From positions 32,001 to 96,000 of the IMG/VR virus record IMGVR_UViG_3300017963_000011: DNA of 64,000 bases. One strand, 5' to 3'. The notes below the pieces were generated by a model. That model was not told the DNA's origin. It made no database searches and was given only the letters and a program-made list of their open reading frames with translations. The position numbers and the translations under genes were made by a program. Positions 48,211-58,350 of this stretch are shown here, one piece after another; positions within the stretch are counted from its first letter, which is position 1; every line of letters starts with the position of its first letter. Origin of the DNA: a virus.

Positions 48211-48432
48211 TCAGGTCGTCATCTTGACCTTCGGCTTCGGTTTCACCTTGTCGTCGTCGTAGTACGTCTCCTTCTTCGTCTCGTCCAGGGTCACGAAGCC
48301 GTCTGTCAGCCATTTCGTCTTCTCACATGCCTTCCCTTTGAAGCCTTGCATGTCGATGTTGATCTTGCCGTCTTTCCAGGTCACGATGATGCGCTTGCCA
48401 TCGTACTCGCTTACGAAGCCGTCACCTGCCAT
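48211..48432 (-). CDS. DUF2997-like protein
   Basis: KDGKINIDMQGFKGKAC; downstream of the AAA ATPase and DUF1257-like gene. Confidence 0.7.
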   Translation of the reverse strand: MAGDGFVSEYDGKRIIVTWKDGKINIDMQGFKGKACEKTKWLTDGFVTLDETKKETYYDDDKVKPKPKVKMTT

Positions 48433-48433
48433 G

Positions 48434-48901
48434 TTACCACCCCGCGCTCACTTTCTGCTTGCCCTTGGGGCGAAGCTCCATGTAGTTCGTGCCGTCCGGG
48501 AGCACCTTGCGCTCGAACGTCATCCATTCCTGGCCTTCCATTGTTTCGGCCAGTTTCTTGCGCACCTGACCCTCGGGATAGATCTGCTCGATCTTCTCCT
48601 GGAAGCCGAGGTTGAGGTTCACGTCGTTGACCTTCAGGGCGTAGGTGCCATCGTCTTGCAGCTTGAAGCCGATGTCCTTGTGGTAGTGCCGCCGCCCCTG
48701 GATCTCCGTAGTTCCCCCGAGGATCGTGATGTCGGCGAATTCGTCGCCATGATCAAAGCCGGCATAACCGACCATCTTGCGGTTCGGGGTCAGGTCGATC
48801 TTCTCCTTGGGGATGCCCAGGCCCCACTCCTTGTTGGTCAGGCACTCGATCAGTAGCTCTCGATCCGTGAACGGGAGAGCCGATTGCAGGAACTTACTCA
48901 T
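48434..48901 (-). CDS. DUF1257-like protein
   Basis: MSKF...DRELLIECL...DIGFK..DGTY...Y pattern. Confidence 0.65.
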   Translation of the reverse strand: MSKFLQSALPFTDRELLIECLTNKEWGLGIPKEKIDLTPNRKMVGYAGFDHGDEFADITILGGTTEIQGRRHYHKDIGFKLQDDGTYALKVNDVNLNLGFQEKIEQIYPEGQVRKKLAETMEGQEWMTFERKVLPDGTNYMELRPKGKQKVSAGW

Positions 48902-48923
48902 CTCGTCTCCTCTCGTGGTAGCG

Positions 48924-50744
48924 CTACAACCTGACTTTCTTCTTCACGCGCTTCTTGCCGTTTCCTTTGGCACGGTGCTTGTCGGGATCGTAGGCGAGCG
49001 GGATGTTGCCGTCCAGTGCCCACTGCCTGTACTGCTCGGTCCTCTCTGGGTGAGTCACGCTTGCCGGCGTGGTATTCTTGATCGTCTCCAGGAACATAGC
49101 CGTTGTGGCCTTCTGGTCTGGAGCCCGGTAGGCTTTCTTGAGCACGGCCTTCGCCAAGCTCTCGATTTCGGAACCGGACCACCCTTCCAGGTCCACAGCG
49201 ATGCGGCAGATCTCGAAGTCCTCGGAGTTGTAGTTGTTCATCTCGTTCCGTCGCTTGTCGATGTGATATCGCAGGATCTGCTCGCGAGCCTCTGGCTCGG
49301 TCGGGAGATCCATGAACCACTTGCCATCGGTGTCGATGCGGTGGCCACCGAACAACTCGGGCGGCAGCTTGCTTGGGTCGTTGCTGGTGAAGATGAAGTA
49401 GACGCCCTCCCGCTTCTTATGATCCGAGAGAAAGCTCAGGAACGTTCCGAAGAAGCGCTTGGTCGTGCCGGCGTCCACTTTGTCGGAACTGTCCGACCCG
49501 CCCAGCCCCTTCTCCACCTCGTCGATCACCACGAACACCGGGCTCAGTGCCACACAGGTGTCCAGCGCCCGCCTGAGCTTGGCGTTCGTTTCACCGATGT
49601 GCGAGGAGAAGCATTTCTCCAGGCGCAGGATCAGCGTGGGCTTCTTCGCCTTGCTCCCGAGCCTCTTGGCTACGGCCGTTTTGCCGGTCCCGGAGGGGCC
49701 GACGAGCAGACAACCGAGAGGCCACGAGCCGATGAACTCTTTGGCTTTTTTGGTGAAGGCATCGACCAGTTCGTCGAAATACGCCATCAAGTCATCGCAG
49801 CCTTTGATGCCTTCGAGTGGTTCGTCCGGGTCACAGAACTCCATGATGCCATCCTTGGCGAGGATCTCGGCCTTCATCCGTCCGACCACGAGAGGATCGA
49901 GCACGCCATCCCGACTCAGCGAGAGAGCCGTGATATTCATTGCCTCCTGACGAGTCAGACCTCGGAGCCCTTCGGCGATCTCCGAAACGGTGAACTCGCC
50001 AAGGATCTCGGCTCGTTCCTCGTCCGTTTCTGCGTTCTCAAGGATGACCTCGACAACCTTCTCCAGGTCAGGCTGCGTAGGCAGTGGCAGATGGAACTTG
50101 CGGAAGCATCGGCTCAAGCGCTCGGGCACCTCATCGTTGCCGGTGAGGATGATGATGAGCGAGCCTGTGCTCTCGTATTCCATCTTGCGAAGTCGCAGCA
50201 TGTCGGCCACGCCTTCACGATCGAAGTAGCGGTCGAAGTCTTTGAGGACAACGCAGACCGGCTCATCCTCGGTGGAAGGGACATTCACGGCATCGTCCAG
50301 GGCAGCGCCGAATTGCCGGAAGAAGTTGCGTAGCGAGAGGAAGCGCTCGTTCGGGGCCGGCTCGATGCTGATGCCGCTCTTGAAACGTTGCTTCAACTCG
50401 GGTCGGCTGGAGATCATCTCGCGGATCGTGAACAGCTTGTTGTCCACCGGGCGAGTGACCATCATCTGGCGAATGGGAGCGACGATGTTGCCGTCCTCAT
50501 CGACCTCGTTGTCCTCGTAGTCGGCCAGACCACGGGATGCGTCCCACTCATACACATGCAGCGGCGGGTAGTATTCGTCCTCTCCCTCTTTCGGCCGCTT
50601 GCGTTTGACCTTCTTGTGGACCGCTTCCGCGATCAGTTCCATGGCTTCCTCGTAGTCGTGGGACACCAGCCATGCGGCGCCCCCTCCCGACGAGGCGAAG
50701 TGGTGCAAGTCCTTGACGATGGGCTTGCTGAACTCCTGATCCAT
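48924..50744 (-). CDS. Ycf46-like AAA+ ATPase
   Basis: Degenerate first domain (LKDFD); GPSGTGKT, IDEVEKG, TSNDPSKLPPE. Confidence 0.85.
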   Translation of the reverse strand: MDQEFSKPIVKDLHHFASSGGGAAWLVSHDYEEAMELIAEAVHKKVKRKRPKEGEDEYYPPLHVYEWDASRGLADYEDNEVDEDGNIVAPIRQMMVTRPVDNKLFTIREMISSRPELKQRFKSGISIEPAPNERFLSLRNFFRQFGAALDDAVNVPSTEDEPVCVVLKDFDRYFDREGVADMLRLRKMEYESTGSLIIILTGNDEVPERLSRCFRKFHLPLPTQPDLEKVVEVILENAETDEERAEILGEFTVSEIAEGLRGLTRQEAMNITALSLSRDGVLDPLVVGRMKAEILAKDGIMEFCDPDEPLEGIKGCDDLMAYFDELVDAFTKKAKEFIGSWPLGCLLVGPSGTGKTAVAKRLGSKAKKPTLILRLEKCFSSHIGETNAKLRRALDTCVALSPVFVVIDEVEKGLGGSDSSDKVDAGTTKRFFGTFLSFLSDHKKREGVYFIFTSNDPSKLPPELFGGHRIDTDGKWFMDLPTEPEAREQILRYHIDKRRNEMNNYNSEDFEICRIAVDLEGWSGSEIESLAKAVLKKAYRAPDQKATTAMFLETIKNTTPASVTHPERTEQYRQWALDGNIPLAYDPDKHRAKGNGKKRVKKKVRL

Positions 50745-50776
50745 TGTATTCCGTCCTCTCATTCTCGGCGCCGAGA

Positions 50777-51799
50777 TTAGAAGCGAACCATCCGGCGCTT
50801 GCGCTTGGCGAGAGTGTTGAGCTTCTTGTTGGTCTTGTTCTCCTCGGTCCCTATCTTCCTCTCGATTTGCACGATCTTGTTGTAGATGTCCTGCGGGGTA
50901 CTCCCCTCGTTGGCCGATGCGTAGTCGGACTCTGGCAGAATGTCGATCAACTCCTGCATGAGCCCGATGATCTTGTCATCGCCGAAGTAGTTGGAGAGGA
51001 TGTGGTCACGCAGGAAGAAGCGAGCATTCTTGATCTGGTGCCCCTTGATTTTGATGGGCTTGCCTTTCTCGTCCTCGCCGCCTTCGGCCACCTTCTTCAG
51101 GGCTGAGAGGCGATCGACGAGCAGCTTGCACCATGTGATCTTGTGGGCGAGTTCGATCTCGGCTTCGTCGAGCTTGGCGAGACGGATCAGCTTGTTCCTG
51201 GCCTCGGCTCCCTTCTTGTCGAGTTCGGTCAGGAACTCCTCGCCCTCTCGCGTCGGCAGGAGAGCCATTGTCTTGCTCGGGAGAAGGCGTGCCTTCAGCC
51301 TTTCCGGGAGGGACTCCTTTGCCGGATAGGCGGCCTTGAACTCGCGGATCAGTTCGTTGATGATGGCCCGGTCGATGTCCGGGTTCTTTGCAATCAGATC
51401 CTCCTTGATCTCCTTGAGTTGCTGACGCATGATCGAGTCGTAGTTCTCCTGAAGCTCGGCGATGACTGCGTTGTAGTCGGCCAGCTTCTGCTCCCATCCC
51501 TTCTTGCCGGCCTCCTCGTCACCGTACATGAACTTGTTCCACAGTGCGTCCGGGATCAGAAAGACCGACGAGGTGGACTCCAGTTTGAAGCCGCCTGCGT
51601 GCTTCGGGTGATCCCGTAGCGCCTGACTCTTGGCGTGGATCTTCTTGCTGTGCTCTTTCGGGAGTAGCTTGACGCCACCCTTGCGGAAGTATTCCGCACT
51701 CAGCTTGGCGCCTCCGAGGCGAGTCTGGTCGAACGAATGGTCGCCGCCCCATGCATCAATCTCAACGCAGATGGCGACTCCTTTGTGGAAAACGGACAT
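50777..51799 (-). CDS. Helical protein, possibly DUF3150-like
   Basis: GGVKLLP...FLIP motif; upstream of the AAA module. Confidence 0.45.
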   Translation of the reverse strand: MSVFHKGVAICVEIDAWGGDHSFDQTRLGGAKLSAEYFRKGGVKLLPKEHSKKIHAKSQALRDHPKHAGGFKLESTSSVFLIPDALWNKFMYGDEEAGKKGWEQKLADYNAVIAELQENYDSIMRQQLKEIKEDLIAKNPDIDRAIINELIREFKAAYPAKESLPERLKARLLPSKTMALLPTREGEEFLTELDKKGAEARNKLIRLAKLDEAEIELAHKITWCKLLVDRLSALKKVAEGGEDEKGKPIKIKGHQIKNARFFLRDHILSNYFGDDKIIGLMQELIDILPESDYASANEGSTPQDIYNKIVQIERKIGTEENKTNKKLNTLAKRKRRMVRF

Positions 51800-51800
51800 G

Positions 51801-52550
51801 TTACCTCCTTGACAGCCGGTACAAGACCGGCTTCTGTTTGAACCAGGGGCGCAGCGCATTCTTGTGTAGCGCTACCACCTCGTCAATGTCGAACAGGTTC
51901 GTGATGGCTCGGGTGTTCCTGCGCTTGGCTTTCTTGGAGAAGAAGCCCTTGGGCAGCACCACCACCGCGCGTGCTTTCTCGTAGAGCTTGGCGACTCGCA
52001 GTAGCATCGTCATTGCTATGTCAGCCACGCCTTGCTGTTTCCCGGTCGGTGGGTTGAGCAGCACCACGTTGGGTTGGAACGTAGGACGTGTCAGTGAGAA
52101 ATTCTTATACTCGACATGTTCGTATCTCGGGTATTCGAGAAAGTCCCGGCACATGATGTGTAGCTTCGGGTCCAGTTCCTTTGATACCTCGACGAGCCAC
52201 TTGTCGATCTCGTAGCCGATGGTTTTGCCACCCGCAGCTTGTGCTACCTTGAGCAGCACACCGATGCCGGCGCAAGGGTCCATGACTGTCTCACCTTCTT
52301 CGATCTCGGCAAGCTCGACCATCTTGATCGCCACCTTCTTCGGCGTGAACCATGCCGACTTGGGCGCACCCTTGATGTTGATGAGGTGATCCCACAACTC
52401 GATCGCCAGGGCGAATGGTGTGTCCTCGTATTCGAGTTCAGTGAGATGCCCTAACTTGCTGAAGCCGAAAATGGATCGAGCATAGCGCTCTCGCCAGTTG
52501 CTAGAGTTAGAGATAAACTCGGCGTACTCGACCACCGATAGCTTGCTCAT
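51801..52550 (-). CDS. SAM-dependent (probably N6-adenine DNA) methyltransferase
   Basis: WFTP, MDPCAGIG, GYEID, LLNPP. Confidence 0.8.
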   Translation of the reverse strand: MSKLSVVEYAEFISNSSNWRERYARSIFGFSKLGHLTELEYEDTPFALAIELWDHLINIKGAPKSAWFTPKKVAIKMVELAEIEEGETVMDPCAGIGVLLKVAQAAGGKTIGYEIDKWLVEVSKELDPKLHIMCRDFLEYPRYEHVEYKNFSLTRPTFQPNVVLLNPPTGKQQGVADIAMTMLLRVAKLYEKARAVVVLPKGFFSKKAKRRNTRAITNLFDIDEVVALHKNALRPWFKQKPVLYRLSRR

Positions 52551-52737
52551 ACGCCTCCATCTCCTTTGCGATCATCCAGAGGACGAGCCCAGGTTCTTCC
52601 GAGTCCCATAGGTCGCCCTCGCCTTCCTCCGGTGACATGTCAGAGTTGAAGCACCGGATGGCAGCACGTTTCGCGGCTGCGTTGTCACAGAGCCCTACCC
52701 AGACGGGCTCAGTAGTTCCTTCGTTTCGCTTCTTCAT
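52507..52737 (-). CDS. Hypothetical protein
   Basis: Packed ORF. Confidence 0.45.
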   Translation of the reverse strand: MKKRNEGTTEPVWVGLCDNAAAKRAAIRCFNSDMSPEEGEGDLWDSEEPGLVLWMIAKEMEAYEQAIGGRVRRVYL

Positions 52738-53080
52738 GCCTGTCCTTCTCGTGTTGTAGGACTAGGCGTATGGCTCTCACGAGTCCGGGTTTCTTCTCCA
52801 GAGTATTCACGCACCAGTCGAGGTAGTCCGGGTCCATCTGAAAGACCTCGTTGATTGGGAAGCCCTTGTACTTGCCGAACATGAACCGCGTACTGAGCGC
52901 TTCGTCCAGAGTCAACGTATCGTTGAGTAGGATTTCGCCACGCTCGTAAGCTGTGAGGAGCCTCTCGAATGTGACTCGGGCGCTGCCGGCGAGATACTTC
53001 CAGTCGATTTCACTCCCGCCGGCAGCGGCCTTGTTGTAGTCGGCGAGCCAGACGCGCAGTCCATTGAGCGTGTCTTTCAT
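52709..53080 (-). CDS. Protein with ExoX C-terminal/DUF3820-like motif
   Basis: FMFGKYKG......DPDYLDWC. Confidence 0.65.
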   Translation of the reverse strand: MKDTLNGLRVWLADYNKAAAGGSEIDWKYLAGSARVTFERLLTAYERGEILLNDTLTLDEALSTRFMFGKYKGFPINEVFQMDPDYLDWCVNTLEKKPGLVRAIRLVLQHEKDRHEEAKRRNY

Positions 53081-53083
53081 GGC

Positions 53084-53368
53084 TCACCTCTTGAACTTGA
53101 GCTTGATCTCCTGTTCCTTGCCATCCTTAATGGCCTGCGGGCCGACAACGTACACGTGGCAGAAGATTTCCTTCTCACCCTCCTTCCCGTTGGGCATGTC
53201 GCTCACGCGCACCTCGATCCTGAGTTCGGTGGGGCTGATGTCGCCTTCCTCCCGGAAGAGGACGCGTTCGTAGCTGCCACCGTTGCCGTTCTTCGGGCCA
53301 GTCTCTACCTTGCTCGTGCGGCCGTCCACTTCGAGCATGTGCCAGACGTTTCTTACGTTTCGAGGCAT
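53084..53368 (-). CDS. Hypothetical early protein
   Basis: Starts after palindrome A and SD AAAGGA. Confidence 0.6.
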   Translation of the reverse strand: MPRNVRNVWHMLEVDGRTSKVETGPKNGNGGSYERVLFREEGDISPTELRIEVRVSDMPNGKEGEKEIFCHVYVVGPQAIKDGKEQEIKLKFKR

Positions 53369-53399
53369 GGTTTCAGTCCTTTCATTCTCGGCGCCGAGA

Positions 53400-53912
53400 T
53401 TAGCTGATGTTGATTTCTTCTCCGCTGAGAAACTCGTGGCTATCGTCGTCATCGGAATTCTTGCCGGTGTCGTTGCTCGACGAGCAACCCGGCAGAAGAT
53501 CCTTGGGGTCGCTCTCGTCATCGAGGTCGCTCTCGAAGACCAGGGCGTCGTCCCAGCCCATGTTGAACACTGTCCAGGCGTCTTTCTCCAAGCGGAGCAC
53601 GGCCTCGTCGAAGACTTCTCGGATGATCTTGAGCACATCCGGTAAAGACACAGGCAGTGAGCGCCGCCGGTTGTAGGTTTTCACCCGCAACTCCCTGCCT
53701 TCGATTCCATGGGCCGCCCAGATGTGAACCTTCTGGCACCGACAGAAGGTGTCGTGGTTCTTGCTGTCATCTACGTGTTCGAGGTAGATGTTGAACAGCT
53801 TGGGCACCTTCCAGACCATGCGCTCCATCTCGGGCTCGTTCCAGTCGAAGATACCCGTGGACTGGAGGAAGCTGGTCAACTGCCCCCAGTATACTTTCTT
53901 CACTTTCGCCAT
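53400..53912 (-). CDS. Hypothetical early protein with acidic tail
   Basis: Between motif B and palindrome A. Confidence 0.6.
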   Translation of the reverse strand: MAKVKKVYWGQLTSFLQSTGIFDWNEPEMERMVWKVPKLFNIYLEHVDDSKNHDTFCRCQKVHIWAAHGIEGRELRVKTYNRRRSLPVSLPDVLKIIREVFDEAVLRLEKDAWTVFNMGWDDALVFESDLDDESDPKDLLPGCSSSNDTGKNSDDDDSHEFLSGEEINIS

Positions 53913-53954
53913 TGTGTTTCTCCCTTCACCCTATAGGGCCGCGATTGGCAAGCC

Positions 53955-54374
53955 CTAGATTGAGCCGTAGTGCATTCTGATCCAGGGATCTGGCTCGAAC
54001 TGCTTCTGATCCTTGAAGCGGTGCATGGTCGTGACCCACCCTTTGGTTCGGGCAGCGCCGTACCACCAGACACCGTGGACGTCCTTGGCGTGCCACCATA
54101 CGCAGCTTCCACAGAAGCCGCGCCTTGTTGTGTAGGTGCTCGTCACCGTGGCCAGCTTTCCCCCGCTCCATGTGGTGATGAGCTTGCCGTCGCTGGAGAG
54201 GTAAGCCTGGAACTTGGTGGCCGTCTTGAGTTCCTTGCGCTGGGCTTTGTTGGCGCAAGCATAGCACATGGTCTTTCCAGTCTCCCGGTCGTGGCACACG
54301 CCAGTAGCGCAGCTACCTTTCTTGCGCCTTGTGGGGAGGTGCCCACAGTCGAGCAGTGTTCCAGTTTTTGCCAT
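53955..54374 (-). CDS. Hypothetical Cys-containing early protein
   Basis: Starts after palindrome A and SD. Confidence 0.6.
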   Translation of the reverse strand: MAKTGTLLDCGHLPTRRKKGSCATGVCHDRETGKTMCYACANKAQRKELKTATKFQAYLSSDGKLITTWSGGKLATVTSTYTTRRGFCGSCVWWHAKDVHGVWWYGAARTKGWVTTMHRFKDQKQFEPDPWIRMHYGSI

Positions 54375-54412
54375 GTCAGAGTCCTTTCAGTCTCGGCGCC
54401 GAGACTAGGCGT

Positions 54413-56200
54413 CTAGTAGCGGTAGCTGATCTTGCGGGCGACGACGCGCCGGAACCCGTTGCGGTAGATGAAGACGAGCCGGCCACGGTAGCCGCGCCCG
54501 ATGTTCAGACTCGCCCAGTAGAGGCCAACCAGCCCTGACTTTCTCTTGTCGAACGTCCAGCGGCGCTCGTAGGCGCTGCGTTCGGTCGGGCGCTTGGTCG
54601 ACTCGATGGCGATCTTCACGACGTTCTTGGGGATCTCGATAGTGCGTTGCTGGTTCACGTTCAGTCCTCCTCATAGTATCCGCGCTTCTCGCGCATGGTG
54701 GTGAGACGGTCGAGGGTCTTCTCGAAGCCGTGCTTGTTGAAGTAGTCCTGGGCTTCGACCTGCGCCTCCCAGGACACGGAGATGTAGTCGATCCCTCTAG
54801 GGTTCGTTGCAATCTCGATTTCCTCGGCAAGCTCATGGGCGAGCTTCTCGTGCAGACTCAGGTAGGAACCGGGTCGTTTCAGGTCTGAGAAGTCAACCTT
54901 GCTCTCCATCAACTTCTGAACTCCCTTGGATACTGCCATCTAGTCCTCCTCCGTATCTTCCCCGTCCTCGGTCAGGCCGAAGAATTCTGTGTCGGAACCA
55001 TGTTCGCCAAGCAGACGAGCGGCTGTTCTTGCGCAGATGACCTCATCCTTCTGATTGCGGGTGATGCCGGAAGCATAGCTGTTATCGCCGAAGCAAGCCG
55101 CATCGACTTCTTCGAGGGTCATGTCTACCGGCAGTTCGCTCTCGCTCAGGATCTCGAACGTGATTGTGCGCTTGTAGAACTTGCGCTGGCTCTTGGCCGC
55201 CTCTTTCCTACACTCTTCCGAGCAGACGTAGGTGAACGCCTTCTTTCCGCAGAGGCCGCCCTCGATCAAGCGGCCGTTTCGAGTAGTAAGTCTGAGCCGC
55301 TTGTTGCACGCCGCACAGTGCGAGAAGAACGTCTTGTCCATTACTCCTCCTTCAACGTAGCGCTACCATCCTTGACAGCCTGCTGCGCATCTTCGAGGCT
55401 CTCGGGCAAGCCGTGCATCTTGCGAGTGAGCTTCTTTTCGTCGCTGTCGCTCTCGCTGTAGCGGTACAGCCCGGCGAGCACGTCACCCTTGAGCATGTCC
55501 CACCCGGTCGAGCCGATCTTGTTCTGGCCACGATCCATCTCGAAACCGAACGTGATGCCGAGTATGGCCAGATCCTTGTGCATCTTTCGCCAGAGCTTCT
55601 TGATGTTGTTGCCGTTCTCCTGCCACACGATGGCGCCGAAGCCATAGTCGGATAGGATCTGCACACGGAAGTTCGGATCGTCCAGAGGCATCTGGGCCAG
55701 GTCTTCCTCTGTCCAGCCGCAGGAGTCGACCGCTTCTTTCCAGCCCTTCTCGCCGGCCTCGCTTGGCGAGATGGCCTTGACTTCCACTCCGTAGGTTGCG
55801 CCGACCTCTTCCTTGCAACCGTGTTCCTCCCACGGGATGATTTCCGCGACGAGCCAGAAGTAGAACTCGCCATTGCACATGCGCTGGGAGATGAACTTCC
55901 CCCCGTAGGTGAGGTAGTTTACGTCTCCCGTGAGGAATTTGAAGATGGGCTTTGCGATGTGGATGCGGGCGCACTCGCTGATCGGATTCTTACGCGGCGG
56001 TTTCCAGCCTAGCATTTGTCACCGTCCTTTTCATAGAGCCAGTGCAGTTCTTTGTACGGACACTTCGAGCAGTCGACCTCGAATGCGTTGCGCCCGATGA
56101 TCGACGGGTGCTTGCAGGAGAAGTCCCATGCGCTGCGCCACTTGCATGTGTGGTCAGAGGCTGCCGGGCCATCCGGTAGCCAGAACCTCGGTCTTGCCAT
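54413..56200 (-). other. Run of coupled hypothetical genes (54413-54658, 54661-54939, 54940-55341, 55341-56015, 56009-56200)
   Basis: Abutting or overlapping ORFs with SD sequences, bounded by palindrome A at both ends. Confidence 0.6.
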
Positions 56201-56227
56201 AGCAGCCTCCATTCTCGGCGCCGAGAC

Positions 56228-57153
56228 TCAGTAGTTTACAGCGTGGACCAACGTGTCGAGACAGTTGATGCCATCGGGCCATGTGAAGCAGTCGATGTCT
56301 TCGATCTCCTCGACCCACACGCCATCTTTCAGGACGCCGGGATCGGCTGCGCGGTTCACCACGCAGCCGCCCTCGACGACATACCAGTCACCGTACACGA
56401 GCACCATGCAAGGGGTGCCTTCGGAACCGTAGGTTCCCCGGATCGTTCGTCTCATTCCCATTCTCCCGTCACGTTGCCGTCGTCGTCGATCTTGCGGGTC
56501 ATGTAGGGCTTTTTCTCGAACCATTCGGTGTCGATGGCGAAGCAGCACACGCCGCTCGTCGGGCTCCAGTAGCTCTCGCGGCCAGTCATGTACTCCTCGA
56601 AGCTGGATGGAGTGCCCAGGTCGCCGGCATTGGGCACGCACGGCGAACAGCGATGGGCGAAGGTCACGATGGGAGCATCGAGGACGAAGATGATCTCCGC
56701 CCCGCCGAGGTAGGACATCTCGTAGATGAAACCGCCCTCTTCCAGCCGGTACGTCGGCTCGTCGCACTCCCACTGTTCCATGTAGGCGTCGATGAGTTCG
56801 GTTTCACCGTCGAATTCGACATCGACAGACACATTGGTAGTGATGATGTCTCCGTCGTCATCGTCGATGATTTCGTCGAAATCGTGGATGAGATCGGCGC
56901 AGACTTGCTCGCGGATCGTGTCGATCATGTTGTCGGCCCTGCGCTTGGCTTCTTCCAGAGCCTTGCGGATTTGCTGCTTGATCTCTTCTCGTTTCTGCTC
57001 GACGGTCACGTTGGTGCCGTGCTCGAAGATGTGCTCCATGAGTTCGGGTACCCTGTTCCCGTAGATTGTGCCGTAGGCGATGCCCTTCTTCGGATGCACG
57101 TTGGCGATCTGCCCATCGTGAGGCAGGTTCGGATTGATGGTCGATCTTGCCAT
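56228..57153 (-). other. Two hypothetical genes (56228 to about 56455; 56452-57153, acidic)
   Basis: Bounded by palindrome A at both ends. Confidence 0.6.
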
Positions 57154-57183
57154 GTCAGAGTCCTTTCATTCTCGGCGCCGAGA

Positions 57184-57636
57184 TTAGGCGGCGTTGTTCA
57201 ACTCTTTCTCGAATCTGCAAGCCGGGCAGCAACCGGCCTTTGTGGGCTCGCGCTTGTCACGGCCGCACTTCTCGCACTTGTATTTCTCTTCGATCTCCTC
57301 GATAGTGGTGACGTACACGAAGCCCTGATCGCTCTCCTCCAGATGAACTTCCCTGACCCCCTCCAACTCCGGGAACATGGCGACATCTTCTTCCGTGACC
57401 TGGAAGATGTCGATGGGCTTGTGCGGGCACTCGTCGGCCTCGCAGCCGTCCTCACCGTAAGCCTCGCACTTCTCTTCGTCGCACGGGTACTCTCGCTCGC
57501 CGCCCCCTTCCATCATGATGTCGTAGAAGTAGGGAGCGTAGAGCATTTCTGCCTCGAACTTGCCGGGCGAGCGGATCACGCCATGCTCGTCCACCTTGTA
57601 GTCTCTGAGGATTTTTTCTCTGGTCATCCCGACCAC
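57184..57636 (-). CDS. Hypothetical acidic, Cys-rich protein
   Basis: SPGKFEAE motif; flanked by palindrome A on both sides. Confidence 0.6.
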   Translation of the reverse strand: MVGMTREKILRDYKVDEHGVIRSPGKFEAEMLYAPYFYDIMMEGGGEREYPCDEEKCEAYGEDGCEADECPHKPIDIFQVTEEDVAMFPELEGVREVHLEESDQGFVYVTTIEEIEEKYKCEKCGRDKREPTKAGCCPACRFEKELNNAA

Positions 57637-57731
57637 CTTTCAGTCTCGGCGCCGAGATTGCTCGGCGCCGGCTAGTTCCATGTACCCTCACCCTATAGGG
57701 CCGAGAATGGCAACCGTGGTAGCGCTATCCC

Positions 57732-58328
57732 CTAGTCTTTGTACTCATCAGTCTTGAGCCAGTTCAGGAACCACTCGCTCTCCTTGAACTCTGAAACGCA
57801 GACAGGCCAGGAACCATCCCAGGTTCCATCGTGAGTGTGTTCGTCGTGGAAGTCCTGCACGTAGTCATCGTAGGCACGGAGAACTTGTTTGTCGTCTGCT
57901 TCACTCGGGTCGAGGAAGATTACGTCGTCGAAGTGACCGAAGCCCCGAGCCCCCTCGTCGAGCTTGTCGGTCAAGATCCCCCACACTTCCGTGCGTGACC
58001 AGAAACCAGAACCATGCCCTTGTCGAGAGAGCCAGAAGTCGCACGCTGCTTTCTCGATACGATGCGGGCCTATCATGCGCCCGAATCTTTGAAGGAATCG
58101 GGCGCAGTCTTCGCGCATCTTCTTGAGCGTGTCTTTCCCTAACTCTTCCCGTAGATTCTCCGTGCTTGAATTCGTGCGGCTGTCCGGGCACTCGGCCCAG
58201 CACGCGGAGTCCACGTAGGTTTCATAGAAGCGGTCCAGGTCTTTGTACGGGCACTTGAGCCCGCAGTTTTCTTGTTGAGATGCGCTTGCATCACACTCGA
58301 TCCTGCCTTCTTTGCAGAACATAGGCAT
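57732..58328 (-). CDS. Phage hypothetical protein
   Basis: DFWLSRQGHGSGFW motif recalled from phage early proteins. Confidence 0.6.
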   Translation of the reverse strand: MPMFCKEGRIECDASASQQENCGLKCPYKDLDRFYETYVDSACWAECPDSRTNSSTENLREELGKDTLKKMREDCARFLQRFGRMIGPHRIEKAACDFWLSRQGHGSGFWSRTEVWGILTDKLDEGARGFGHFDDVIFLDPSEADDKQVLRAYDDYVQDFHDEHTHDGTWDGSWPVCVSEFKESEWFLNWLKTDEYKD

Positions 58329-58350
58329 CCTTTCATTCTCGGCGCCGAGA

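Noticed and set aside
48777-50333. 518-aa + strand ORF (likewise 17759-19213, 56653-57675, 38701-39597)
   Set aside because: Antisense to well-supported genes, expected with biased codon usage, and no motifs.
57691-57713. Motif B as a sigma70 or sigma54 promoter
   Set aside because: TTGCCA to TATAGG/TAGGGT spacing is only 10-12 nt, and GG-N10-GC is not conserved among copies.
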